Positions 19,556 through 29,385 are shown, counted from the first letter of the stretch. The stretch is 64,000 nucleotides of DNA from a candidate division WWE3 bacterium RAAC2_WWE3_1 (GCA_000503835.1 CP006914.1:785680-849679), one strand, 5' to 3'. Notes: generated by a model from the letters alone, not told the origin. Made by a program: numbers and translations.

Positions 19556-20800
19556 ATGCTAAGTAAAAAAACGTTGTTATGGGTTTTACCCTTAATATTT
19601 TTTCTGATTCCTTTGATGACTGTTTTGGGTCAGACGACAGCAAATCCAGATGATGTTGAAGAATTGGAAGAAAAAATTGAAAAATATGAGGTGAAGATAA
19701 ACGAACTTCAAGGCAGAGCAAACACTTTAGCGAATGAAATAGAATACATGAACAGCCAGATCGGTCTTACAGAGCTTAAAATCCAAAACTCCGTTGCAAA
19801 GATAGCCAAGACTGAAAAAGAGATCCAAAAACTAGCAGGGGACATCGAAGATTTGAAAGCACGTATAGTAAAGCTGGAAAAGTCCATCGATTACCAAAAA
19901 GATGTATTGTCGGCAAGGATACGGGAACGGTATAAATCGCGGGATGAAAACGCCATGGTTGTGCTCTTTGGTTCGATAACGCTCGAAACCATGGTTCAAA
20001 AAGTAGAATATCTCAAAGCAATGGAAAGGTACGACAACAAACTTCTGGTAGAAATGGGAGACACAAAGACCAGGTACGACATGCAGAAAAATCTGTTCGA
20101 GCAGAAAAAAGAGGAGGAGGAAAAGCTAAAGTCCCAGCTGTTGAATGAAAAAGCTGCGCTGGATGTTTATAAAGGACAGTTGGACGCTCAGAAAGAGGAA
20201 AAAAAACAATTATTGGAGTCTACCCAGAACGACGAAAGTAAATACCAGCAACTCCTAAGGGAAGCTCAACGTGAGTTGGAGCAGATACTTGGGGCTGTCG
20301 GAGTGTTAATTAATACTGAATCAAGAGAAGTAGAAAAGGGAGAATTGATAGGAATACAAGGCAACACCGGACGTTCGTCGGGAGAACACCTACATTTTGG
20401 AGTTTATAGGTATTCGTCGTTGTCAGAGATAAACGGATGGAATTGGTATTACAGCAATACTGTCGACCCTCTCAAGAAATTGGAATCAAAAACTGTCACC
20501 TGGTATGACTGCGGTGTGTCAACTAAAACAGTGGGAAAAGGTGATTGGGATTGGCCAATAGCTGGTTCTGTAAAAGTTACAAATAGTTACGGCGACAATT
20601 GCTATAAATATACAGATAATGGGGGGAAAATGCATCCTGCCCTAGACTTAGTTGGGGCGCCAAGTTCTCCAATATACGCGGTTGATGACGGTGATGCCTA
20701 TTTCTGTAAAAATTGTCTCGGTGATGGTGCTAACGGAGTTTTCATTTTCCATGACGATGATTATATGACCGTGTACTGGCACTTACAGAACTACAAGTAA
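19556..20800 (+). CDS. Coiled-coil plus M23 peptidase (EnvC/PcsB-like) with circularly permuted M23 domain
   Basis: Signal peptide and long coiled coil; HLH at aa 278-280 precedes HPALD at aa 360-364. Confidence 0.85.
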   Translation: MLSKKTLLWVLPLIFFLIPLMTVLGQTTANPDDVEELEEKIEKYEVKINELQGRANTLANEIEYMNSQIGLTELKIQNSVAKIAKTEKEIQKLAGDIEDLKARIVKLEKSIDYQKDVLSARIRERYKSRDENAMVVLFGSITLETMVQKVEYLKAMERYDNKLLVEMGDTKTRYDMQKNLFEQKKEEEEKLKSQLLNEKAALDVYKGQLDAQKEEKKQLLESTQNDESKYQQLLREAQRELEQILGAVGVLINTESREVEKGELIGIQGNTGRSSGEHLHFGVYRYSSLSEINGWNWYYSNTVDPLKKLESKTVTWYDCGVSTKTVGKGDWDWPIAGSVKVTNSYGDNCYKYTDNGGKMHPALDLVGAPSSPIYAVDDGDAYFCKNCLGDGANGVFIFHDDDYMTVYWHLQNYK

Positions 20801-20865
20801 AGTGAGTTTATCAGACTAGTATCTATTCTGTTTAGAAAACGTTATCACATTTTTTATTCCTCCTC

Positions 20866-21432
20866 GTGCATATTATCCGTGTGAAGATTTTGATGCTTAT
20901 CTTTGTGTTATTTGTATTAATTAATGGAACTGGAGCCACTTCGGTGTACTCCGGACGTTGTGTGTATCCGGGCGGCATTTTTAAACTCAATCTTTCCGGT
21001 GACGATAACTACCGCGCGGCCGTTAGTAACGAACACTCAATACTTGAGTTTTATGATGTTGTAGAAGAAAGCGCTGAAAAGCTTGAGCCCGGTTTTGCCG
21101 GAAGGTTTCAGTTATCGAAACTCAACTATGTGAAAGTGAATTCTGTAAGTGGCCCCTATTTTAAGCTGGGGTTCGATATTTATGATGGGACAGGAAATTT
21201 AGTTTCTACTATAGACTCCGGGGGAATTTGTAATCTTGCTTGGTTCCGGGAAAAACACGGGGGTTTCGGACGCCATTTACGTGAAAAACCCCCGCCCGAA
21301 ATTTACGGAACCGTAGTATCTGCCAAATCCGGGGAAAAGGGAAAAAATATGAAGGCAGCAGTATTTTGCCTGGTTTGTTTCACACTGGGCGGGTTTATGG
21401 GTTTCAGGACGCCAAAAATGATAGAATACTGA
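20866..21432 (+). CDS. Hypothetical exported/membrane protein
   Basis: N-terminal signal-like and C-terminal hydrophobic segments. Confidence 0.5.
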   Translation: MHIIRVKILMLIFVLFVLINGTGATSVYSGRCVYPGGIFKLNLSGDDNYRAAVSNEHSILEFYDVVEESAEKLEPGFAGRFQLSKLNYVKVNSVSGPYFKLGFDIYDGTGNLVSTIDSGGICNLAWFREKHGGFGRHLREKPPPEIYGTVVSAKSGEKGKNMKAAVFCLVCFTLGGFMGFRTPKMIEY

Positions 21433-21433
21433 G

Positions 21434-21817
21434 GTGTCAAAAACCCTGAAAAGCTACAAAAGATGGCTTCCGGCTATTATAGTAATGGCCGTAATAACCC
21501 TTTTGTCGTCCATCAAAGGGCCATATATCGACGCTGTAGGTTTGGGTAAAGAAAGTTACCACATAAACGGACACTTTTTCTTTTTTGTCGCCCTTTGTAT
21601 TTCTTACTACTACGCTACAAAAAAAGTGGCGTTATCGGTTGTACTTACTATGATATTCGGAATATTCGACGAGCTGCACCAGCTTTTTACCCCATTTAGG
21701 AACGCAAGCTTTTTTGATATTCAGGTAGATAGTTTGGGAGCGTTGATCGGAGGCGCATTCTCATGGAAATTGTGGCCGCTAATACGAAACAAACTCGAAA
21801 ATTTGCAGAAGAAATAG
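21434..21817 (+). CDS. VanZ-family membrane protein
   Basis: GHFFFF..FGIFDELHQLFTPFRNASFFDIQVDSLG. Confidence 0.88.
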   Translation: MSKTLKSYKRWLPAIIVMAVITLLSSIKGPYIDAVGLGKESYHINGHFFFFVALCISYYYATKKVALSVVLTMIFGIFDELHQLFTPFRNASFFDIQVDSLGALIGGAFSWKLWPLIRNKLENLQKK

Positions 21818-22200
21818 CTGCAAAATTAAAGCCCGGAAATATTGTGGCGTTGTATGGAGATCTCGGCGCGGGTAAAACAACTTTCGTCTCGATGGTCACT
21901 AAAGCGTTGGGATTTAGCGACAGAGTTCAAAGCCCGACCTTTGTTGTTTCAAGAATATATAGCGGGGGCAATTCAACTTCTGAAATAAAATATATTCATC
22001 ATCTTGATCTTTACAGAATGCAGGATTCCACCGACATTAAAGATTTGGGAATAGACGACTATCTGAGCCAACCCGATTCCGTAGTCTTTATTGAGTGGCC
22101 GGAAGTAGCCGAGAAGTATTTACCGGAAAAAACAATCAGAATCTTCTTTGAAATCCTATCTGAAAACGAAAGGAAAATACATGTTCAAAATTTACATTGA
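21763..22200 (+). CDS. tsaE: t6A biosynthesis ATPase TsaE
   Basis: GDLGAGKTT, VQSPTF, HLDLYR, IEWPE. Confidence 0.95.
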   Translation: MEIVAANTKQTRKFAEEIAAKLKPGNIVALYGDLGAGKTTFVSMVTKALGFSDRVQSPTFVVSRIYSGGNSTSEIKYIHHLDLYRMQDSTDIKDLGIDDYLSQPDSVVFIEWPEVAEKYLPEKTIRIFFEILSENERKIHVQNLH

Positions 22201-22561
22201 TACGAGATTAAGAAAACAAACTACGGTGTCCCTTTTTGAAAAAACCTTTTTATTCTGGTTTAAAAAAGACAGTCTGGTCGTTGAGGCCGATCCCGCCGAC
22301 GCACTCTCGGAAATTTTGAGAAAAAACAACCTCGGGTTAGACCAGATTTCCTCATTTAAGGCTTACCCGGGTCCCGGTTCTTATACCGGTTTGAAAATGG
22401 GTCACGCTGCCGTAAATGCTTTAAACTGGGTTCTCAAAGGTACCCCGGCAGTTAAATTGCCCCTGCCTAAATATGGCTCGGAGCCTAACATTACGCCCCC
22501 GAAAGGCTCAAATGAGTTGCCTCCGGCATCCTCTTTTGCTCGTCCCCAGGTTACAAAATAG
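22181..22561 (+). CDS. tsaB: Minimal TsaB (N-terminal domain only)
   Basis: IDT, GPGSYTGLKMG, P.YG.EPNIT; follows tsaE. Confidence 0.8.
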   Translation: MFKIYIDTRLRKQTTVSLFEKTFLFWFKKDSLVVEADPADALSEILRKNNLGLDQISSFKAYPGPGSYTGLKMGHAAVNALNWVLKGTPAVKLPLPKYGSEPNITPPKGSNELPPASSFARPQVTK

Positions 22562-22577
22562 AGTATAATTGTCCAAT

Positions 22578-23534
22578 ATGAAAATTGTCGTAACAGGAGC
22601 TGCAGGCTTTATAGGGTCGCATCTTTCCGAGAGATTAAAAAGTTTGGGTCACGACGTTATCGGGATAGACAGTTTTAATACTTATTACAACCCCGAGCTT
22701 AAAAAATTGAACGCCAAGGATCTTGAGGAAAAAGGAATTTCTATTGAAAAAAGAGATTTGGTGACCGACGATGTTAGCGATGTTATACAGGGAGCCGATG
22801 CCATTTTTCATCTTGCTGCGCAGCCGGGAATATCATCCACAACCCCATTCGAACATTATTTAAACAACAACTTCATTGCTACTAATAACCTGGTAGAGGC
22901 TGCAAGGTCCGCAGGGACAAAGAAATTTATAAACATAGCTACTTCCTCGATATACGGCGCGCACGCGACTGAGGACGAAACTACAGCCCCAAAACCTACA
23001 TCTAATTACGGTGTCACCAAACTTGCTGCAGAACAGCTCGTTCTCTCCTACTTTAGAGATAAGGGGTTTCCTGCTGCATCAGCAAGACTTTTCTCCGTTT
23101 ACGGCGAAAGAGAAAGACCTGAAAAGCTATATCCTAAATTGATAGACGCGATTCTTAACGACAAGCCATTCCCTCTTTTTGAAGGGAGCCAGGAGCATCT
23201 CCGCAGCTACACTTATGTCGGTGATATTATCGACGGGCTCGTACTCATTCTTGATAATTTCGAGAAAAGTGCGGGAGAGATATTTAACCTGGGCACCGAT
23301 CAGGCTATTACAACCGGAGAGGGTATAAAGATTGTAGAAGATGTTCTTGGAAAGAAAGCCGTTTTGGATATTAAGCCAAAAAGACCGGGGGATCAAAAGG
23401 AAACCCACGCCTGTATTGATAAAGCGAGGCGTATATTAGGTTATAATCCGGTTACGACCCCTCAGGTCGGGCTCAAAAAAGAGGTGGATTGGTTTAAGGA
23501 GAAAATATGGAAAAAAATCGACTTATATCTCTAG
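22578..23534 (+). CDS. NAD-dependent nucleotide-sugar epimerase (UDP-glucuronate 4-epimerase-like)
   Basis: GAAGFIG, HLAAQPG, TSSIYG, YGVTK, VYGERERP. Confidence 0.9.
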   Translation: MKIVVTGAAGFIGSHLSERLKSLGHDVIGIDSFNTYYNPELKKLNAKDLEEKGISIEKRDLVTDDVSDVIQGADAIFHLAAQPGISSTTPFEHYLNNNFIATNNLVEAARSAGTKKFINIATSSIYGAHATEDETTAPKPTSNYGVTKLAAEQLVLSYFRDKGFPAASARLFSVYGERERPEKLYPKLIDAILNDKPFPLFEGSQEHLRSYTYVGDIIDGLVLILDNFEKSAGEIFNLGTDQAITTGEGIKIVEDVLGKKAVLDIKPKRPGDQKETHACIDKARRILGYNPVTTPQVGLKKEVDWFKEKIWKKIDLYL

Positions 23535-24490
23535 TTATTCCCTGCTACAACGAAGAAAAAAATATAAATAGGACAATTGAAGGTTTGCTGGAACTTGAAA
23601 AGCAGTCGGGCGAAACCTTCGAAATAATTGCCGTCAACGACGGAAGTAAAGACGGAACATGGGGTGTAATCAAAGATTATTCCGAAAAATACCACAATGT
23701 TATCGGTGTTAATTTAATGGCAAATTTCGGACAAAGCGCCGCTTATATGGCCGGATTTGATATTTCAACAGGAGACTACGTGATAACGGTGTCAGCGGAT
23801 ATGGAAATTTCATTGGAAAATATTTCTAAAGTTATCCGGTATCTGGACGAAGGTTACGATTTCGTAAATACGCATCGCGTGGGAAGATGGGGCGACGAGA
23901 AAGCCGGGCGTCAGGCTAAGAGCGGTTTGGCTAATAAAATAATCGCAAAAATATCCGGAGTGACTATGCAGGACAGGGGCTCGGGTATGAAAGGATTCAG
24001 ACGTGTTTTGGTAGAAAACCTACGTTTATACGGAGAAATGCACCGTTTTATCCCCGACTACGTAAAAGTATACGGAGCCAAAATGACCGAATTTGAAGTC
24101 GGGTTCAAAGACCGTGAGTACGGCGAGTCTTACTATAAAGGGCACAAAAGGACTATTAAAGTTTTGCTAGACTTGGTCACTTTATTCTTTATGCTCTATT
24201 TCTCTACAAAACCCTTTAAGGCTATGCCCGGCAGACTGTTCGGTTTTGCGGGGGCACTGATAGCCGGTCTCGGGGGTCTGGGAGCATTTTATCTTTTAAT
24301 ACTGAAATTAATGGGGGAGAGCATCGGAAATAGACCTTTGCTTACCCTGTCGGTCTTATTGATAATAGTAGGTGTTCAGTCGATGATGACAGGTATGATG
24401 GGGGAGCTGAGCATGAGAACCTACTTCGAATCTTCGGGAAGAAAGACCTATATTGTTCGTCAAGTCGCCAAAAAAGGCGGGCAAAACTAG
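23507..24490 (+). CDS. GT2 polyprenol-phosphate glycosyltransferase (ArnC/GtrB-like)
   Basis: IPCYNEE, VNDGSKD, NFGQSAA, LYGEMHRFIP, 2 C-terminal TM. Confidence 0.9.
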   Translation: MEKNRLISLVIPCYNEEKNINRTIEGLLELEKQSGETFEIIAVNDGSKDGTWGVIKDYSEKYHNVIGVNLMANFGQSAAYMAGFDISTGDYVITVSADMEISLENISKVIRYLDEGYDFVNTHRVGRWGDEKAGRQAKSGLANKIIAKISGVTMQDRGSGMKGFRRVLVENLRLYGEMHRFIPDYVKVYGAKMTEFEVGFKDREYGESYYKGHKRTIKVLLDLVTLFFMLYFSTKPFKAMPGRLFGFAGALIAGLGGLGAFYLLILKLMGESIGNRPLLTLSVLLIIVGVQSMMTGMMGELSMRTYFESSGRKTYIVRQVAKKGGQN

Positions 24491-24577
24491 GTCATTCCCG
24501 GTTGTGTTTTAAAGGTTGCAAGCCTTGTGTTCCTTATGTAGCATTGACAGATACAAATTTGTTTTTAGGAGGTATTT

Positions 24578-25321
24578 ATGGAAAAGTCTAAAAGTTCAAA
24601 CATCGTTCAATTAGTACTCATTGCGGCGTTAGTCGGGGCGGCTTTTTATATCGGCGGGCTGTCATCAAAAGTGGGAAAGTTGGAAGAAGCTAGTAAGAAT
24701 AATGCCGGGACGCCTTCTAAAGCTACCGGTGAGGATGCGGCTGCCTTTAATGCTGTGGAACTGGCTTCCACCCTTGGTTTGGACTCGGGAGCTTTCAAGA
24801 CCTGCGTCGACAACCGTGAAACGAAAGCAAGGGTCGAGGAGGAAGAAAAAGGCGGACAGAAAGCCGGTGTATCCGGAACTCCCGGTATATTCATGTTCGA
24901 TACCCAGACAGGAAATTCCGCAGTCATTCCCGGAGCAGTAGATTCCACCACGATGCAGCTTTTTCTTGATAACCTGATTGCGGGGAAAAGCACAACATTA
25001 GGTACTCAGGAGTTCAAACTTGAAAAAGTCGCGAACTTAGTAGCTTTGAATGATGCAGACTACGTTAGAGGAGATAAATCGGCACGTGTGTTGTTGTTCG
25101 AGTATTCCGACTACGACTGTCCTTTCTGCAAAAGGGTTCACCCTACATTAAAAACTCTTCTGGAAAATAACGCAGACAAGGTCGCCTGGATCTACAGGCA
25201 GTTCCCGCTGGATCAGTTGCATCCTACAGCCAGAGCCAAATCCGAGGCCGCGCTTTGCGCAGGAAAGCTCGGTGGAAATGATGTCTTTTGGGCATTTTCC
25301 GACGCACTGGCCACTAAATAA
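24578..25321 (+). CDS. Membrane-anchored DsbA-family oxidoreductase, circularly permuted
   Basis: GVSGTP (aa 97-102) lies before EYSDYDCPFC (aa 175-184); SD AGGAGG. Confidence 0.85.
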   Translation: MEKSKSSNIVQLVLIAALVGAAFYIGGLSSKVGKLEEASKNNAGTPSKATGEDAAAFNAVELASTLGLDSGAFKTCVDNRETKARVEEEEKGGQKAGVSGTPGIFMFDTQTGNSAVIPGAVDSTTMQLFLDNLIAGKSTTLGTQEFKLEKVANLVALNDADYVRGDKSARVLLFEYSDYDCPFCKRVHPTLKTLLENNADKVAWIYRQFPLDQLHPTARAKSEAALCAGKLGGNDVFWAFSDALATK

Positions 25322-25349
25322 GTGGGGGTAAGAGTCCCCGCTCGTTAAT

Positions 25350-25787
25350 ATGAACAGATCAAGATTATTATTTACTGCAAAATTATTGGCCTCAATAGGA
25401 ATAGGATTGGCCTTGTACTTGTTCGTAAACTACCTGACACAGCCCGCATACAGGCTGTGTACGATAAGTGCCAAAGTCAACTGCGATGCCGTTATTAGCG
25501 GAGAAGTATCCCAAACTTTGGGCATTCCTACGGCTTTATATGGCCTTGTCGGTTACACGGTGATTTTGGTAGCTGCTTTTCTTGGTAAAAAGAAACTTAT
25601 GTTGGGAACTGCTATCTTCGGCGCCCTTTTTTGTATTCGCTTAATTTATATTGAAATCTTCCGAATAGGTGTGATTTGTCCGGTATGTATTTTGTGCTTC
25701 ATAGACATGGTATCTTTACTTACCGTGTCGTATCTTCTGGTCAAGAAGAAAGGTTCCGTTACCCCACCCGTGGAAAACGTGCAGTAA
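25350..25787 (+). CDS. Vitamin K epoxide reductase (VKOR) family protein
   Basis: C..NCDAVISG..LGIP, ICPVC, 4 TM. Confidence 0.9.
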   Translation: MNRSRLLFTAKLLASIGIGLALYLFVNYLTQPAYRLCTISAKVNCDAVISGEVSQTLGIPTALYGLVGYTVILVAAFLGKKKLMLGTAIFGALFCIRLIYIEIFRIGVICPVCILCFIDMVSLLTVSYLLVKKKGSVTPPVENVQ

Positions 25788-25814
25788 TACCCACCCAGTT
25801 TGTATAATAGAGTC

Positions 25815-27413
25815 ATGTTCGGAAACTATCCTGTAAATGATGATTGGGTTTTCTTTTGGCAGGTAAAAGCATTTGCGTCAGGAATCTTTAAAATAAACGC
25901 CGAACTCGATCCGTCATTTGTCGCGCAGGGTTTTTTGGGATTGCTTTGGTCAAAAATATTCGGTTTGGATTATATTTCACTTCAGGTTTTGACTTTTCTA
26001 ATTTCATTAGGAACCGCCTTTTTCGTTTATAGAATTTTATTATTATTGGGTTCACGAAAAATCTATGCGATTGCCGGGGCGCTTACCCTGCTTTTTAATC
26101 CTCTGTTTTTTGTTTCTTCTTTCACTTTTATGACAGACAACTACCTTCTGTTTTTTCTGTCCGCTTCAACCTACTTTTTTGTCCGTTACTTCACAGTGCC
26201 TTCATACAGGAATTTAATAACGGGTTCTTTTTTCGGTATGCTGGCGTCTGCGACCCGCCAGAACGGTATTCTTATTTTTATACCCGCACTTCTGTTGTGC
26301 GCCCTTCCGTTCAATAAAGAAAAATTCAAGAAATTAATAGTGCCTGTGTTTTTCTTTTTCCTTTCCATAGCAATAGCATTATTTTGGCCAAGGTTCGGGG
26401 AGAACAAAAGATTTTTAGAAGTTGCTGATATTGCCGGGCGTCTGCAAAGCCTACTTTATGCTCCCCAATATCTGCTAATATTTTTATCTCCGGTTTTGTT
26501 AGGAATAAGAGGGCAGTTGAAAGGTCTGTGGAGAAAAGTTACCGCCATGCTAATGGCTATTCTCGTTGCCTACTTGCTTTTCACAACAGACCTTTTTCCG
26601 ATGGGCAATGTGGTCTACATCGAAGAACTTTACGCAAAGTCCGACTTCAGATCTAATTTTAGTCTCTTTGATAACATCTTTTTTAAAACGTTTCTCTCCG
26701 TTGTATGGGGTTTTGGTCTTTCCAAGATATTGTTCTATGTGATACCGAAAATTAAAAATATTGCGAAACGCGTCGGTTTGCATAAACAGGAAATATTTCT
26801 GCTACTCTCAGCCGCTTTAAATTATGCGGTCTTATTATTTTCCTCGGACATGTACGATCGCTATCTTCTCCCGGTCTTCTTATTTTTACTGTTATTTTTA
26901 TTCGGGCGGTTGGGCGCGGGTTATTCTCTGGATAAAGTCTCTGTATATTTATCAATCGCTCTTTTCGCGTTTATATCAATTGCTCTTCAGTGGGATTTTT
27001 CGGCGAAGAATAGTTTAATGTGGGAACAGTTAGGGGAACTTAGACAAAAGACGGGGTTGAGTACACAAATAGATCTTAACGACACTTACATAAATCATAT
27101 TACCGTGAGAGAGTCCGGGGATTTTACAGGTTTGGAGCCAAGGCGCGGAAGTTTTGACTCCCTCTGTTTTATTCAGGATTATACGTTGGACAGCACCTAC
27201 CCGTTTTCAAAAAAGGTGGAGAGTCTGGGGCGCGTTCTTTCTTCAAAAACGCTGGAAAACCCCAAACCTGCCGGGGTAAGAAAAAAGACACGCCCACGGG
27301 TCAAAAACAATCTGGACAGTTTGATTATTAACGAAGAATACCCATCCATACTTTATGGTTCGGTTGGGAAAAAGGCGTTTGTCGGAAGTTTTTGCGTGGC
27401 GAAAGACGACTAA
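25815..27413 (+). CDS. GT-C (ArnT/PMT-like) membrane glycosyltransferase
   Basis: NDDW acidic motif, FMTD, TRQNG, DRYLLP, many TM. Confidence 0.8.
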   Translation: MFGNYPVNDDWVFFWQVKAFASGIFKINAELDPSFVAQGFLGLLWSKIFGLDYISLQVLTFLISLGTAFFVYRILLLLGSRKIYAIAGALTLLFNPLFFVSSFTFMTDNYLLFFLSASTYFFVRYFTVPSYRNLITGSFFGMLASATRQNGILIFIPALLLCALPFNKEKFKKLIVPVFFFFLSIAIALFWPRFGENKRFLEVADIAGRLQSLLYAPQYLLIFLSPVLLGIRGQLKGLWRKVTAMLMAILVAYLLFTTDLFPMGNVVYIEELYAKSDFRSNFSLFDNIFFKTFLSVVWGFGLSKILFYVIPKIKNIAKRVGLHKQEIFLLLSAALNYAVLLFSSDMYDRYLLPVFLFLLLFLFGRLGAGYSLDKVSVYLSIALFAFISIALQWDFSAKNSLMWEQLGELRQKTGLSTQIDLNDTYINHITVRESGDFTGLEPRRGSFDSLCFIQDYTLDSTYPFSKKVESLGRVLSSKTLENPKPAGVRKKTRPRVKNNLDSLIINEEYPSILYGSVGKKAFVGSFCVAKDD

Positions 27414-27425
27414 AATGTCCGGTGT

Positions 27426-28019
27426 CTATCGGAACTCCAGAGTGTAATTATTGCAGTTGTTGCTGGAAGAGTCTTCGAGGGCCAAAAACCTTTCAGGACC
27501 GAGATCTCCGTGGGTTTCGGGGACGTAGTAAAAGCATTTTACCTGGTCGTACGTATCATTTTCCGGAGTTACTTTTATGAGCTTTGCAGTACCTTCGCCG
27601 CTTCCTGCACCAAACTGATCAACCAGCAATAAATATAAACCGTCCCCAACCCATAATTTATACGGATTGTTTTTCGCCTGATCAGGCTCGCTTATAATCT
27701 TTATGTATTCCTGCCATTCGGTAGCGCCGGCAGTTCTTCGTACAACCCCGGCATAACCGGTCGAGTTTCTTATGGGGGCATTCATGCTTGAGCGCCAGAC
27801 CTCGGCATAGTTGTACCCACTATAAGTATATGTGTCTCTTAATTGTTCAGAGGAATAGAGGTTGTTTATTGCCGGATAATTAACACTTTCATTTTTACCC
27901 TGTTCTATTCCTAGCAAAAAACCAAAATAGAACCAAAAGAATGGGAGTGTAACGAATAATAGTAAGGCGAGAATTTTCGAAAACTTTGTTACAGTTGTTA
28001 ATGACGTGGGGAGTTTCAC
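27426..28019 (-). CDS. Membrane-anchored hypothetical protein
   Basis: TTVTKFSKILALLLFVTLPF N-terminal anchor; TATAAT 6 nt before GTG. Confidence 0.65.
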   Translation of the reverse strand: MKLPTSLTTVTKFSKILALLLFVTLPFFWFYFGFLLGIEQGKNESVNYPAINNLYSSEQLRDTYTYSGYNYAEVWRSSMNAPIRNSTGYAGVVRRTAGATEWQEYIKIISEPDQAKNNPYKLWVGDGLYLLLVDQFGAGSGEGTAKLIKVTPENDTYDQVKCFYYVPETHGDLGPERFLALEDSSSNNCNNYTLEFR

Positions 28020-28078
28020 CGATTAATTATACATCTGTTTGAATTTGCATCTGCGGGTAAAGTGGGTAGAATGCGTTT

Positions 28079-28672
28079 ATGAAGAAAACCCTGCCGTTAA
28101 TTATTATAGGTCTTGCCATCCTCGTGGGTCTATATCTCGCATTTCCCCGTACGGTAGATATAACAACGCAGGATATCGGAAGCGGTGTGCAGAAAACAGT
28201 GGAAATAGTAAAGGAGGAAGCAGATCTTAACATCGGAAATAAAGTAGATCTGACAAATAGAGGTTTAACCGCCGTTCCGAAAAGCGTGCTCGACAATTCG
28301 GGTATCATCGAACTCGATCTTTCAGGCAACCCTATTAGTTCAATGCCTTCCCAGGTACAAAACTGGAAAAATCTTAAGGTTTTTAAGGCCGAGAACAATA
28401 TCATGAAGTCTTTACCCGCGGAAATAAGACTTTGGTCGAAAATTGAATCGATAGATGTCAGCGGAAACGGTATGACGGACCTTCCGGCCGAAATTGGTCA
28501 GCTTAGGAATTTAAAAGTTCTGGATCTTTCGAACAACGACATAGACGAATTCCCTAACGAACTGTTAAACCTTACGCAGCTTGAAACACTGGATCTGAGG
28601 GGCAATCCGGTTAAGAGCGATCATCTTGAGAGGATAAAAGGTAAACTGACTGATACGGAAATTTTGTTTTAG
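28079..28672 (+). CDS. Membrane-anchored leucine-rich repeat protein
   Basis: Five to six 23-aa LRRs, e.g. LPAEIGQLRNLKVLDLSNNDI. Confidence 0.9.
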   Translation: MKKTLPLIIIGLAILVGLYLAFPRTVDITTQDIGSGVQKTVEIVKEEADLNIGNKVDLTNRGLTAVPKSVLDNSGIIELDLSGNPISSMPSQVQNWKNLKVFKAENNIMKSLPAEIRLWSKIESIDVSGNGMTDLPAEIGQLRNLKVLDLSNNDIDEFPNELLNLTQLETLDLRGNPVKSDHLERIKGKLTDTEILF

Positions 28673-28709
28673 GTTTTTTGGTCGACCTTGTAACAGACAA
28701 CGTCTGCAG

Positions 28710-29348
28710 TTATTTTAGATTAATTTCCCGAACAAGTTTGTAGCCGGTTTCTTCCCCTCTTACTACTTGTATATTATTTATCATGAATGCCTTTGTCTTT
28801 GTATGTTCCAATAATTCCAGTCTTATCTTCTCCAGCCGGCTGTTGTTGTTCTTAACAAACCCTAAAGTTATATGCGGAAAATATTGGTTTATTACGAAAG
28901 GATTTCCATAAATTTTTAGCATTTCTTTCTGTTCTATATTATATTTTCTCCGGGGTTTCAGGTAATCTTTGCACACGCAGTTACCTTTATATTTTGATAC
29001 TTTTTCGACTATAGAACGATGAAGAGTTTTTAGCTCCGGGGTAGCTTCCAATTTCAGGTAAAATAATCCGAAGGGAAAGTACTCCAGTTTAGAAATTACG
29101 GTCTTTATACCGGACCGGTCTTTGAGTAAATCTTCAAGCTCCGAAATCACTTGAGGGATATTTTCTGTCGGAACATCCAGGTCATACATATTTAGATGGG
29201 GTCTGTTCGTGTCGGAAAATACAGATACCCCGTTATATTTAGAATTCAATATTTCGTTTATTATCGTGATTTCTTTAAAAAGTTCAGACTCTTTCCAAAC
29301 ATCACTTCCGATTCCTAACCATTCGCATTTAACGTTACTATTATTCAT
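28710..29348 (-). CDS. 2H phosphoesterase (2'-5' RNA ligase-like) family protein
   Basis: Two His motifs PHLNM and PHITL; start corrected to MNNSN because the ORF-track extension runs through the tRNA. Confidence 0.7.
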   Translation of the reverse strand: MNNSNVKCEWLGIGSDVWKESELFKEITIINEILNSKYNGVSVFSDTNRPHLNMYDLDVPTENIPQVISELEDLLKDRSGIKTVISKLEYFPFGLFYLKLEATPELKTLHRSIVEKVSKYKGNCVCKDYLKPRRKYNIEQKEMLKIYGNPFVINQYFPHITLGFVKNNNSRLEKIRLELLEHTKTKAFMINNIQVVRGEETGYKLVREINLK

Positions 29349-29385
29349 TTGCTTGTATTTTGTCTTAATAACTGATGTTCTTTTC

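Noticed and set aside
21434-21817. VanZ as glycopeptide resistance
   Set aside because: VanZ-like proteins are widespread; no van cluster is present
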